From contig CAVNZM010000008.1 in assembly GCA_963693365.1 (NCBI GenBank), positions 5,232,310-5,296,309 on the forward strand: a DNA stretch of 64,000 nucleotides, written 5' to 3'. This DNA is from Amoebidium appalachense. Taxonomy: Eukaryota > Protista > Ichthyosporea. Under the pieces are notes generated by a model. The model was not told the DNA's origin. It made no database searches and worked only from the letters and a program-made list of their open reading frames with translations. This document shows, in pieces, positions 31,517-64,000 of the stretch. A program made the translations under genes and the position numbers. Within the stretch, counting starts at the first letter, position 1. Every line of letters starts with the position of its first letter.

Positions 31517-32816
31517 CAGGCCACACATGCTTCACAACCAACTCCAAATTCAGGAACATTACCATCTTTATGGCGGATTGCGGGTGAGTGTGTGTGTGTG
31601 TGGTGGTGGTAGTGGCGTGTGCCTGTGTGTATTTGGGGAGAAAGCACAGGGGGCGGGGGGGAAAGGGGGGAGGGGGGGGGGGGGGGTAAAATGCAGAACA
31701 CGGTACGAGGTACAACAACACGATGAGAACACGTGCAGGACACATGGAAAGGCAAACATTGGGGTGTGCAACATCAGCAACACGCGCTGCATGCAACATC
31801 AGCAGGGTCCACCGCAAGGCCCCAAGTCGTTTACTGCAAGCTACTTCCGAACCCTTAATTGAGGGGGGGGGCAAAAAGGGCGGCCATTTGGATGTGTGTG
31901 TGTGGGGAGGGGGAGAGGGGCGAAGGGGGGGAGGGGGCGAGCACCTTGAATGCAAAGTAGAGTGTGGCCAGCAGGGCTGACAGATAGACGGCACTGAAGG
32001 GGGCTCTCTCCCGCGAAAACAGATGCTGTAAGTGTGCCCACGGCCCACGAAGCATCGCAAAGCTGGGGGGGGGGGGGGATAGGATGGTTGGGAGGTAAGG
32101 TGTGTGTGGGAGGGGGGGGGGATTTAGGGGGAAGAAGGGGGTGAGGGGGGGGGGGGGGGGGGGTAGAATGTTTTATACGGCGGGGAGGGGGGGGGGATTT
32201 AGGGGGAAGAAGGGGTGAGGGGGGGGGGGGGGGGGGGGGTAGAATGTTTTATACGGCGGGGAGGGGGGGGGGGGGGGGGGGGGGGGTAATTGAAACAGAA
32301 TGTGCTATTGATGTCAAAACAGCACGGCACTAATATTCGTCACAAATCGGTCCGGATTCCCTAATGCCTGCCTTGAGGGATATGGGGCAGAATGCCTCAC
32401 GATTTGAATGGGTAAAAACATTCGAAGGATATGGGGTGGAACATTTAAAAGAAATAAGGGACATGGGACAGAATGCTCGTTAATGGACCAAAAGACAGAA
32501 CACAAGATGTTCGTATGGGTATAGCATTTTTGAATCTGCACTATTCATAGGTGGGGACGGGTGTATATGCACATCAGATTTGGAGAGCATACCATGATCC
32601 TAGCGGGGGGCCGGGGGGGGGGGGGGGGGGGGGGGGGGGGACAGTAGCACAATGCATGACTGGGCTAGGGCAAAGCATACACACAGGGGGGGAAAGGGCA
32701 CCAATGAGAGTGGATATGGACCATGCATGCGCACGTGCAACAAGAATAATATATGCTCATTCACACTAGCACATGAACACAGACACTCACACACACACAC
32801 ACTTAAACATGCACAC

Positions 32817-32854
<38 letters not shown>

Positions 32855-33560
32855 ACACACACAGACACCTGCGTGCACGCGCGCGCGCACACACACACAC
32901 ACAGACCACACACACATACCCCCCCTCTCCCTCCCCAACACACCCACACATCCACACACATACGCACCATAGGATGCCGCACAGGCTGCCCATGCTATGC
33001 AGCAGAGCAAACTTTCTGGGCCGAAGCACCGCCAGGCCCACAAACATCATCGAAATTTCCTGCAAACCCCCACCAGCAGCTTCAGTACTTTGCTCCTTTC
33101 TTCCATTCTCCCACTCCTATATGAGAAAGAGGGGAGGGGGAGGAGGAGGGGAGGGGAGGGGAGGGGGAGGGACCAAGGGAAAATCAAGCGCAAAGGGCCT
33201 GGAGGCATGACCTGGGGTTTCTGTCTCTAATATCCAACAGGTGTGCCATTATCTCTCTTCCCCCTCCCCCCCCCCCGTTCCCCGTCCCCCTCCTCCTCGA
33301 TCTCCCCCCCTCTCCCCCTCCCTCCCCCCGGCCCCCCGCCCCACACCAACAACAACAATAACAACAAAAAAAAAAAAAAGGAAACACACCACCACCAACA
33401 ACATTAACATCATTATCGACTCCTAAAACCCCCTCCCTCCCCTTCCCCCCCCCCCCCCCCACACACACACACACACACCCCCCCCCCCCCCCCCCCCCCC
33501 CCCCTTTTCCTCCCAACACACACAACATTCACCACCACCACCACCAACCCCCCCCCCCCC

Positions 33561-33591
<31 letters not shown>

Positions 33592-34796
33592 CATACACAA
33601 ACCCACACAAAAAAAAAAAACACCATCAGCACAACAACAACAAACCCCCCCCCCCCCCCCCTCCCTCTTGGCCACACACACAGGCACAACCGTCACCAAC
33701 ACCAACACCAACCCCTCTCCCCCCCTTCCCCTACTTACCCCCCCCCCCCCCCCCCCCCGCCCCTCCACCACCTTCGACCATCACTACCACCATCACCATC
33801 AACGTCACCACGACCAACAACAACCCTTCCCCCCCCCCCCCCCCACCCACCCACCCACCCACCCCACCCCACCCCACCCCCCTTCCCCCAAATTCTTCAC
33901 CCCTTCGCCCCCACTGCCTCCCCTTCCGGCTCCCCCTTAGTTCCTCCCTCCCCTACAGCCAACCCCCTCCCACCCATCCCCCCCCCCTCTCTCCCCCCCG
34001 CCCCAAACACACACAGACACTTGCACACACTTGTCCACCCAATACCATCCCACCAGCCCCTTCACCAGCCCTTGTCTTTCCTCTCCCTCGTCCTTTCCCC
34101 CTCCCCTCCCCCCCCCCCCCCCCCCCCCCCTCCCCCTCCTCCCCCCGAAGAACACCAACATGCACCACCACCACCACCACCGACCACCATGCCCTCCTCG
34201 CCCCCCTCCTCCCCCTCCCCCCCCCCCCCCCCCCCCCCACCCACCCACCCTGCGCGCATCCCCACCTCCCCCCAAAACAAACACAAGCCCAACCCCTTAC
34301 CAATGCGAAGCATATAGCTGCAGCCATCAACATGAGCACGAATCCGGCCAATCTCTGTCGGTGGCTGAGACCTCCCAGCAGGCTCTGGTCTTTGGTGCTC
34401 CACCCAGAAAACAGGGAGGACTCTACCTCTTCCTGCGCCCTACCCACACCCCTCAGTTTTATTTCCAACACCCTTCCCCTCTCTGCTGGTTCCCTGCCAA
34501 AGTGCAAGAAGATGTAACAGCCCGTGGTACCAACTCCACACACTCTCTCTCGCTTCCCCGCCCTGCCCGTCCCCCTTCCTTCCCGCCCCTGCCCCCCTCC
34601 CCCCCCCCCCCCCCCCTTCCCAACCCCCCTCCCCCTCTCCCCACCTCTCCCTCCCTCCTCTCCCATCCAGATAACCAGACCAGCACCACATCATCCACTG
34701 CACCGGGGCGGAACCTACTCTGCCTGGGCCTGGGGGTCCCCGTCCAGCTGCTGGGCATAGTTGCTCCACGCCGCAGACAGCGACATAGTGGCGGGG
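30805..34796 (-). CDS. SFT2: Vesicle transport protein SFT2 family (Got1/Sft2; SFT2D3-like)
   Basis: Exons encode [10 protein letters not shown]..., [94 protein letters not shown] and [13 protein letters not shown]...LLPV*. The acceptor of exon 2 is ambiguous. Confidence 0.93.
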
Positions 34797-35599
34797 AGGT
34801 TTCCGGGTCTGACTAGCTCTGGGGTGCAGGCGTACGTGCGTGTGATGGGCTGTTATAGCCTCTTGGGTGTGAACAGCACTGCGAAACGGCAGATAGTGGG
34901 GGGGAGCGTGGGGCCCGCACGTTCAACATACGCTTTCCAAGGTTCAAAGCTACCTATAGCAGGATTCCTCCGGGCCGGCCAGGTACCCATGTCCTTGTAA
35001 GTTGTGTGCCCCTCAAACCTGTGTGTACTGTCTCCCTCCAGCTCTGCTCACGGGCTGAGCAAGGCCAGAGCAGCCAGAGTACTGTGACCTGAGCACCAAG
35101 CTGTTGATTGGCTCGAAACGCACCGGTTGCTATATGTCAACCAATCAAACGAAAGATTGCGCAAACGATCACAGGAAATTTCCGCACGGGGAATGTTTTG
35201 CGCTGGAGGATGATGTTAACGGACGTAAATATGTCATCGGGGGTTTCACCGGGTACTTTCTTAAAGTTTCGTGTTGATTGGTCTTGTTGGTTTATAAAAA
35301 TGAATAACACGTTTCTAAGGGCTGTGTTGGTCATTTTCTAGTGTGTTTTGGGCATCCAAAGAGGTCAACTTTTTGTCCCCCTAACACCTCAGTCCCCACG
35401 GAGAGGGGGGGGGGGGGGGGGGGGGGGGGGGCAAAAAATCTCAGGGGGAAGAAAGGGAGAGTGGGACTGAGAGAGAGAGTGTGTGTATGTGTATGAGAGA
35501 GAGAGAGGGAGAGAGAGGGAGAGAGATAGAGAGGGAGAGAGGGAGAGAGGGAGGGAGGGGGAGAGAGAGGGGGGGGGGGGAGAGAGAGAGAGAGAGGGT

Positions 35600-35673
35600 G
35601 TGTCACGGTGAAATTTGTAATTTGTGTGTGCTCGTTTTTTGCTTTTGTGGACGGTGTCGCAGTGTGTGTGTGT

Positions 35674-35731
<58 letters not shown>

Positions 35732-35886
35732 AATCATGAGGGGGGGGGGGGGGGGGGGGGGGGGGGGAGGGGATATGTGTGTGTGAGCGTGTGTGCACGC
35801 CTGAGTAACATTATGTATGTAATTGGCTTTCGAATGTGTCTGAGCGTGTGTGTGTGTGTTATGTGCGTGTGTGCTGCGCGCATGCC

Positions 35887-35923
<37 letters not shown>

Positions 35924-36206
35924 ATGTGTGTATTTGTGTCTGTGTGTGTGTGTGTATATGTGCCTGTGTTTGTGTGCGTCTGTATTACTGTAGTGTGCGT
36001 GTGCGTGTGTGTGTGTGAAGGGGGGGGGGAAGGGGAGGGGAGGTGGGGTTGCGCACAGTAATTGTGAGGCGGGGGGGGAGGGGGGGGGGGAGGGGGAGGA
36101 GGATGTGTGGGTGAGCATGCGAGCAGAGCAACGAGTAAATGTGTGTGCAATCGGTCTTCGAATGTGTTTAAGTGTGTGTGTGTGGGCGAGTGTGCATGCG
36201 TGAATG

Positions 36207-36291
<85 letters not shown>

Positions 36292-36448
36292 TGTGTGTGT
36301 GTGCGTCTGTGTGCGTGTGTTTGCGCGCGTGTGTGGGCATGAGAGAGAGAGCCGAGAGAGAGGGAGCGAGAGAGAGAGAGAAAGTGGGTGTTTGTGTGTG
36401 TATGTGTGACTGTGTTTGTGCTTTAGTGCACGGCGTCCAAGTGTGTGT

Positions 36449-36497
<49 letters not shown>

Positions 36498-36600
36498 CAG
36501 TAATCATGGGGTGGGTGGGGGGGGGGGATGTGTGTGTGGGCGTGCGTGCCCAGCCTGAGTAACGTAGCCAAGTGCAGTCGGTTTTAAAGTGTGTCGCGTG
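35600..36600. repeat. Three degenerate tandem copies of a unit containing GCACAGTAATCATG-poly(G)...CCTGAGTAAC...TTCGAATGTG, interspersed with (TG)n
   Basis: Copies anchored near 35724, 36052 and 36493. Confidence 0.7.
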
Positions 36601-36628
36601 TGTGTGTGCGTGTGTGCATGCGTGCATC

Positions 36629-36733
<105 letters not shown>

Positions 36734-36745
36734 GTGCGTGTGTGT

Positions 36746-36883
<138 letters not shown>

Positions 36884-37585
36884 CGGTTGTGGACGGGACC
36901 CCCCCTAGGCCCCCCCCCCCCCCTCCCCCTGCGATTCGACCCCCCCCCCCCTCCCATCGATATCCCCCCCCCCCCCCCCCCCCCCCTCCCCCCGCCCCCA
37001 GCCGCCCACCCGCCCCGCCCCCCATCCCTAGAGGCCTTGGAATCCCTTTCCCCCCATTGCAACATGCATGCGCGCGCACCCGTGCGCTGTGGCACGCACG
37101 CACAAAGAACCACGAACACACAGGCACGCACACATACACACGCACACGCACACAAACACACTCACATTTCAATTGAGCTGAGTGAGGTTTATTACATACG
37201 TACATGTGCCTGGCATTCGCACAAGCTAACTGCTGCTGCAATTGAACAAAACGGCAATGCATTTTTTTTTTTTCTTTTTTTTTTTTTGATTGTATGTACG
37301 TACCCACACCGGTACCATATGCCCCATATTCATAGATAACCAGGCCACAGCTGCGGTACACTATGATCTTGCGATGATAATAATACTGTAGTAGTGATTC
37401 AAATTTCCAAATCAGATACCTGGCCCAGGAAGACATTTTTTCCCCCACACAGGAAGTGCGCCATGCCACCGGTGCCACCACCAAAAGTAATCAAACATTG
37501 TTACATATGCATGTGTGCTCGTTTTTGCATGCACACACACCGTGCGTACACGTGCTACGTATAAAATAACACACTACCATAGAAT

Positions 37586-38162
37586 TCATTCATTTGAGGG
37601 ATTGGCCACCGGTTGGAAAAACTCCTCGAGCTCTGTCGCAGTTGTGGGCAGCTCACCAAACCCAGAATCCTTGTAAGCGCCCAGAGCAGACTTGAGCGCG
37701 ACCTCCTTGTAAATGTCGTCATGATCTCTTCCGGAACGTCTCACGCGCATGTTTACGTGTTTAGGCGCTGCACGTGCATCGCGTCTTTTCACAGAATTCA
37801 CGCTTCCGGCGTTGTTGTCGCCATAGTCGGCCGGCACGGGATCCGCAGGGGTCACGTCTGTGGTGGTAAGAGTTGAGGCACTCATGATGTTCTCGGGCAG
37901 CTCAACAATTGGACCAGGGGCGCAGCCATCCTGATCAAAACTATTGGGGCTGTCGATGTTGCTGAATGCGCAGCGTCTCTCCTTGTTGTTGTGCATTTTC
38001 TTGGTGGCACGGACGCTCAACTGAGGTGCAACTTCAGCCTGGATTTTAACTGGGGCCGGTGTTGCAGTTGAGCCAGCTTCAAGTCCGGGGAGGCTGGCAC
38101 CGCTGGCCGCAGTGGTGAAGAGAGCAACGGCGCAGAAAAAAAAGATAGGTGAGCGGAGCCAT
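37586..38162 (-). CDS. Intronless secreted protein with dibasic sites (~190 aa); needs a 1-nt correction in the A8 run near 38136-38143
   Basis: Removing one T joins ATG 38162 (context AAAAATGG) and signal-like MAPLTYLFFCAVALFTTAASG-ASLP in frame with ORF 38020-37586. A TATA box lies upstream, and the paralogous start at 38811 reads YLFFCA without the extra base. Confidence 0.7.
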
Positions 38163-38276
38163 TTTTTGATGGATTTAATTTTTGAAAAGTAGCCGGTATA
38201 AGAAGAGAAGTGTAATTTTTACTCTGGGGTGTTTTGCTGATTGTTTGAATGGATGCAGTTTGCACCCGGGGGTGAG

Positions 38277-38286
38277 CTTTATATAG
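38277..38286 (-). promoter_or_regulatory. TATA box (CTATATAAAG) of the secreted-protein gene
   Basis: Consensus-like TATA about 115 bp upstream of ATG 38162. Confidence 0.6.
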
Positions 38287-38692
38287 TATTGCGGGCGCCA
38301 TGCGGAATCGGTTCTCAGATTTGCAGCGAATCACAGAAGCGACGAGTAATCTAAATCGGACCGGTAACCGGTTTCTCCATACGATTGTTCATGCGTCCTA
38401 TGCCAAGCACGATTGTCTTATATTTCAGCTTCTTTCTGTTAGAAGCAATTCCAAATAGAAAAGAAATCTCTTGCATAATTCAAGCAGAATGAGTGTTTCT
38501 GGGTACCGGTCTAGCTATGCACTAGCTGGATTTAATGGCAACCGTGGCATGCTGTTGCAGCAACAACCGGATTGGGTAAAGGTCATCTAAGGATCTTGTC
38601 AGTTAGTTGACAAGATTGCTCTGTGTGTCCCATTGATTCGCTAAAAGTCGTCTAAAAGATTCCGCAGGCCTTTTGACAACAGCAACCATCGA

Positions 38693-38915
38693 GTGCAAAC
38701 ATCCATTCAAACAATCAGCTCGGAACAGACAGCGACACATCTAAGAGCAAAAGCTACGGTTCCTGGTCAATACAACTACTATTTCAAAAAGAAAAGTTTA
38801 CAAAGCAAAAATGGCTCCAGTCTCCTACCTTTTCTTCTGTGCCACTGCCGTTTTCGCCGCTGCTGCTGCCGGTGGCCTCCCCACCCATGCCGGCCAGCGC
38901 ACACTGCCAGGAAGT
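38693..38915 (+). pseudogene. Inverted paralogous 5' fragment (5'UTR + signal peptide [21 protein letters not shown]) of the 38162 gene, running into (CA)n
   Basis: Shares CATCCATTCAAACAATCAGC, CTACT.TTCAAAAA and AAAAATGGCTCC with the reverse complement of about 38090-38265. No convincing continuation was found. Confidence 0.6.
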
Positions 38916-39079
38916 CACACACACCACACACACGTGTACTGGCACACACACACACGAACACACACACACGACACAAACACACATGCACGCACACACGCAC
39001 GCACGCACGCACGCAGGCACGCACGCACGCACGCATGCACGCACGCACGCACGGCAAACAAACAAGCCCGCACACACAC

Positions 39080-39115
<36 letters not shown>

Positions 39116-39687
39116 CACACCAAGCACGCGCGCACATATACACGCACACACAGACATGCACATAAATACACACGAACAAGCACACACGCACGCACATGCA
39201 CACACGCGCGCTCGCACCCACGCACACACACACACACAACACACATGCACACACGCACATATATATGTACATGGGTATGCACGCACACCGTGGCACACGG
39301 GCACGTGCTAAGTAAGTACGCACACACCACAAACACACGCACGGACGCGCGCACGCACGCACGTGAGCACACACGCGCCCACATACACACACAAAACACA
39401 CACACACACACACACACATACACACAGGCATACAGAAAGGTAGACGGATCCGGACAGCCAACCATACACACATAAACACACATTGTACACACCAAGCACG
39501 CGCGCACACATACACGCACACACAGACATGCACATAAATACACACGAACAAGCACACACGCACGCACATGCACACACGCGCGCTCGCACCCACGCATGCA
39601 CACACGCACGCACACACACACACAGCACACATGCACGCACGCACGCACACGCCCACATTCACACACGCACACACATGCACGCACACA

Positions 39688-39738
<51 letters not shown>

Positions 39739-40071
39739 ACACACACACACACACAAGCACACACACAGTGACACATCCAAATATGCGCCAATCACAAATG
39801 CTACCAGTTAACCCGTCAGACATTTGTGACTCGAATGCGGCTAATGGAAGGTAGGGAGGGGTTGGCAGCATGGATGTGTGGGGGTGGGGTGGAAAGAGCG
39901 TATGGTCTTATTAGAAAATAAAATGGCTTTAATTTGCAGCCTGATGGGGAGACAACGTGCAGGTTCTTTTGAAGAGGGAAAAGGGAAGGTTCAAGAATAA
40001 ATGGCTGTTTCCCGAGAAACGTATGTGTACTGCCAGAAGAAGAGGGTTGCATGAAGACACCAGGGGTGTGG

Positions 40072-40107
<36 letters not shown>

Positions 40108-41241
40108 GGGGGGGGAAGCACATGCAGTACCAATTGAGTGTATGTGCGAGCCTTTATATTTGGAAGGGGTGATGTGTTCCTTTTGCAGGTTACAGGTAGC
40201 CGTATGGGTGAGCTCGGGTGTGAGCGTTTGCCGAAGTGCCTGTGCAGCTTGTGTTTGAACACGTATGTGCACACTGTGTGTGTAATTATTATTATCGGGT
40301 GCCACGCTGTTTATGTGTGTGTGGCCCCTCTGCATCGTGATGCCGTTTGCTTGTGTGCGCTCGTGGTGTCAAAATGATGTACATGAGGCTCCCTTAGCCC
40401 ATATCCGATGTAGTGTGCTGTGAATATATGGCAAGGCGAAGGGCGTGTGGATGAACATTGGTGGTTCTGCCAATGTGTGTGCGTGTGTGTGTTGGCGACG
40501 TGGTGGTGGTGGTGGTGTGTGGGGGCGGGGAAGGGGGGGGGGGGGGGGGGGGGGGGGGGATGACATTGTGTAAAATGACACTGGAACACCGGTTTGTCTG
40601 AGCCCCACACGTGGCCATCCTTCCTCCTGCAGCTGCCTTTTTAAGGACCCCCCCTCCCTTCACCCCCTCCCCCCCCCCCCCCCCTCTCCCCCGCCCCCAA
40701 TTGCTTCCAACCTCCCCTCCTATAAATCATGAGCCAAGCACGTGAACGGCCCGGGCATAAGGCACAACAACCAGTGCTCACTGGCACGTGCACATACGAC
40801 ACACATCCATAGGGACGCCTGGCACATGTAGACATGCCTGCATGCTGTCAGGCTCTATGTAGTGCACGCTGTGATTACTGTAGTGGAATTATATTGCAGC
40901 ACCAGGCCTATCTATACCTATAGGTAAGTAGGGGGATACACCGGGCACCTGCCGGCGTCCCTATTGTTCAGTGAGTCGCTATGCACAGTATCAGGTTACC
41001 AGTCTACAACTAACATTCTATGTCATAGTGTGGCTGCATCCATTACCGGCAATCATTCCCCAGATGAACTGACCTACCGAATTGCTTTTATACCAAAGCA
41101 ATTTCGTAGCCGTGATTGTGGGACAGGAATGCCATCCAGCCTCACCAATCAAAAACCAGATCGGTGAGCCACATAACAACACACACGTACTTTAAGGACA
41201 AATAAAGGATATATCCACGCACTTTTGCACTTTCTTTGCTC

Positions 41242-48660
<7,419 letters not shown>

Positions 48661-50926
48661 GCTGCACGGGGTACTGTTAGTTGGCCTCGGTATTCATCGC
48701 CGAATATTACACTGAAAAAGAAAAAAAAGAAAGAGAGAGGGGAGGAGGGGAGGGGGGGGGGGGGAGGGTGGGCAGGGGTTTTTTCGAAGGGAGCCATCGG
48801 TTCACGGCCTGACATGCACTCACATGAATCATGATCTCATGCACATGCATACGAAGCCATATGCCATGCACATTGTGACACACATGCATGTGCATGCGCA
48901 TGCAAGGGCATATGCTACCTAGTGGAATATTCAAACCAGTGATAAGCAACTTGCCTACCGTAGGCATAGAGAATACAATGCACGTGTTGTACTTTGTGTG
49001 AACCTCACCTTATTAGTACACAGGAAAAATACAAGTTAAACTCTCCGATTTGAGGAAAGGGCAGCAGCAACAACTTGATCAAGTACATAAAACACTCGCC
49101 TGTCTAATGTGAAGAAGGTGTGACCGTGCTGCTGTACAAAATAGGGGGCCAAGTAAGCTGCCGAAGGTCAGACTCTGAGGCTATGGGAGCAAGCTAGCTG
49201 CAAACAAAAACGCTCTGCCAAACACGGTAGCCGGTGCCGTGTGGAAGACTGCAGAAGGCCACCAGTTTTAAACCCCATCCTGAGAACCGGGCTGAAAGAA
49301 CCCAAAGGCCACACGCGCGACGTGATGCCAACATTTCCGTACACGGCAGGCATGCATTATGAATGGGGGCGTGGATGAAGGGCATGGCTGCAAGCCATCA
49401 GCGTTGCGCATGCAAGCTGTCGGTGCACGTGCACGGTGGCATGGCGTTGTTTAGAAAGATTATGACAGGCCTTGGGGTTAGTTGCTGACAGCTCAGTACG
49501 TGCATGATGCAGAACCATGTATGGACATGGCCAGTGAGCTTGGCGCAGCTGTTGAGACCAATGGGGCCATGCAGCCGCACACCCCGTCGAGCCCAATGGC
49601 CGGGACTCTGGCTGGTCATCTTCACGTGACATGCATACAGTAGCAGCTTGTGTCACATAACTTACACGCTGAAGGACGGTTTATTTAGCACTAGACTGAG
49701 TAGAGCAGTACAAGCGGACAGATGGGAAAGATACGATCGATCGGATGGCATGCATGCATTGTCATACTAATTAATATTTGTGAAGCACCCAACATACATC
49801 GACAACTTACACGCATCTTTCAAGTGCAGTTGTAGCCGTGAGCTGCAGCAGGCTCCACGTGGACAATGGGCCAAGGCGCCGGCCCCACGGCCACAATGAT
49901 ATGTGCGTGGTGTATATCATATCTAAATTTGAAATGATGAAAGAGAATTTCATAAATGGAGCTCCTCCCCTCACAACGCGCGATATCGATATCGATCATA
50001 TGCATGATGATCATCACCGGCCCTGAGCGTTGCATGTACAGTATATACGGTTGTTGGAGCTAACAATAGCTCCCTGCAGCCTTACCGGCATGTGTAGCTA
50101 TGGGGCTGTTGCTCATGATGTGCACTCTGCACTGAGAGCTGAGTGCAAGTTGAGGGCAGCTGGCGTGCGCATGCAGTGCCATGCCACGGAGTGGGCACAG
50201 CCGTGCTGGCGCACAGGCTTGGTGCCAGCCGGGCCGTGTTCTGAGCCGCTTCCTTTTGATTGGCGCGGGCGGCACCACCGGCCCCAGATATGGGGAAAGT
50301 GGTTCGGGTTTCCGGCTGTGAGGAATGAGGTAGCATAGTAAACAAAAGCAATAAGACGCTCCTCACAGCAGTTTAGGGAATGGTGAAAAATAGTAAAATC
50401 CCATGCTGTAAGTATAAGTGCTTGCAAAGAACTATACTGACAGGTTCGAAACGTTGGGGTAGCAGTCAAGGATTCAGAAACAGAATATGTATTCCTATTG
50501 GATAGCTGTTAGCCTAAAAAGGCTTAGTATTCATTTTAGCGTTCTGTGATTCGTTATAGGTCACACCCTTGTATCGACCAACCGACGCACCATTCCTCCT
50601 GCCGAGTTCAAGCTTTGGCAGCAGCGTCATCACGGCTTTTGCTTGTGTGAAGCTTTTGAGAGAGCAACTGCTTCAATAGTCGATCGAATTAGCTACTAAA
50701 CTGGTGTTGCACTTACAATACTTTTTATATATTGTTAGTGGGAATGGGTAGGGCTGTTTATGGTGGAACAAGAAGGGAAAACACAAAGGATACTGTATTA
50801 TAAAACGTATGTTCTTTTCGCACTCTCCACAAAGTTGTTATGTTTCGAAAGGTGCCGGCTGAAAGCCTACGGGTCTGTTGAATAGTAGACACCTCTCTGT
50901 GTGGGTCCTAAAGTCAGGGTGGCAAA

Positions 50927-62820
<11,894 letters not shown>

Positions 62821-64000
62821 ACATGTGTGTGTGTATTCAGCGATCCACGTGTGTATGTGTGTGTGTGGGCCGCGCGTGTGTGTGGGTGGGTGTGGGTGGG
62901 TGTGCCCTGGGTGGGCGGGGGAGGGGGTGGGCGTGTGTGGGTGTGTGGCCAGGGAGGGGAGGGAGGGGGGGGGGGGGGGGGGGGGGGGGATTGTCAATCT
63001 GAGAGGTGTTTGTGTGTTTGTTGTGTACGGGCGTGGCATGTGTATATGCACTCTGCCACTGGCAGGTGCCTAGTAGTATACCAATCAGACTGTTGTCCAG
63101 GTGTACATACCAAAGCCCGCGAGGTCACGCTGTAAACGTCGTGTGTATGAAATGGATATCGCTAATTTAGTAATACTATCATAATGGGCTTGTTCTTTTT
63201 TTCAGAGGGCCGTGGCTTGTTCTTTCTTTTCCCCTGCTTGGGTGTAGGTGGTGGTGGTGGGGAGAGGGGGGGGGATGGTTTCGTTAGTATTAGATATGTT
63301 TCATAGTCGCCTTGAAATCATGCGGCGACAGCTACGTATACTCGAGCTTTTTGAATGCGGTTGGGGTAATTAAACGGCTTAATAAGGCTTGTAAGAAAAG
63401 GCGCAAAACACAAGCACAGAGTCATGCGTACGATCAGTATGATTGATCGAATTCATGATCATGAATATTTATTTTGCAATACATAAATAAAGCACGCCAG
63501 GTGGAAATACATTGACGAGATCCGGACCGTGACTAGTGCCGTGACTACTGACACGCGGTACCATCATATCGTAGGCATGATATCACCTTCCTGAGAGATG
63601 GCCGTGTGCGTGTGTGGGGTGTGCACGGTGTGGGACCCGGGGTGTGTGTCGGGCACTGTTTGTGTGTGTGCGCGCTATTCAGAATCATCACTCGAAGCCC
63701 GAGAGGTTCAGGCCTCTCCGGTCAGCTTCTCCGGATCCGGTCACCGTGTTGACTGACACATTTTCACAGGCCGCCACAGCGTCATGATAGTCGATTATGA
63801 GACAGGCGTGGGCCACATATTCGTCATACTGATATTCGTCATAGGTATATTGAAAAAAACAGTCGTGTGCCGCCATGGCCACGGCAGGGCCAGAAATTAC
63901 AATGCCACTTGGACCTAAAAACGCCACCTGAAACACAAAAAAAGCCACTTGACATGGAGCGCCAGGTCCACTAAACTCAGGGCCAGTGGACCTAAACACT

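Noticed and set aside
49850-50030. Palindrome-rich stretch (GATATCGATATCGATCATATGCATGATGATCATC) next to a CAGGGCCGG-like end
   Set aside because: No matching second terminus or TSD identified; function unsupported.
63688-64000. Minus-strand ORF and CAGGGCCAG-starting segment with short subterminal repeats
   Set aside because: No recognisable protein. It may be a transposon end, but the partner terminus is outside the window.

Overview
Intron-rich eukaryotic genomic DNA. An SH2 domain, WBP2 and an Rcf2-like gene suggest an opisthokont, probably a unicellular holozoan such as an ichthyosporean (inference only). Introns are packed with (CA)n/(TG)n and poly(C)/poly(G), so most of the supplied ORFs are artefacts. 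Manual splicing recovers: an internally deleted LINE (1-~2600, -); RBM25 (-); a divergently transcribed 87-aa Rcf2-N/Rcf3-like membrane protein (+); a RING-H2 + SH2 + Pro-rich protein (-); WBP2 (+); a divergent eIF4E-family protein (+); an SFT2-family protein (-); an inverted pair of signal-peptide genes, one resembling a dibasic-site prepropeptide; an alpha/beta hydrolase (-); and a probably N-myristoylated protein with five tandem cyclic-nucleotide-binding domains (+). The most unusual observations are the RING-SH2 architecture, the five-CNB protein with no visible effector domain, an eIF4E lacking W73 and W102, and a dispersed intronic repeat. That repeat is mostly in host-sense orientation, ends in CATTCTAAC + poly(C), and may supply branch point and pyrimidine tract to host introns. 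All gene models are hand-spliced and unverified by RNA data.
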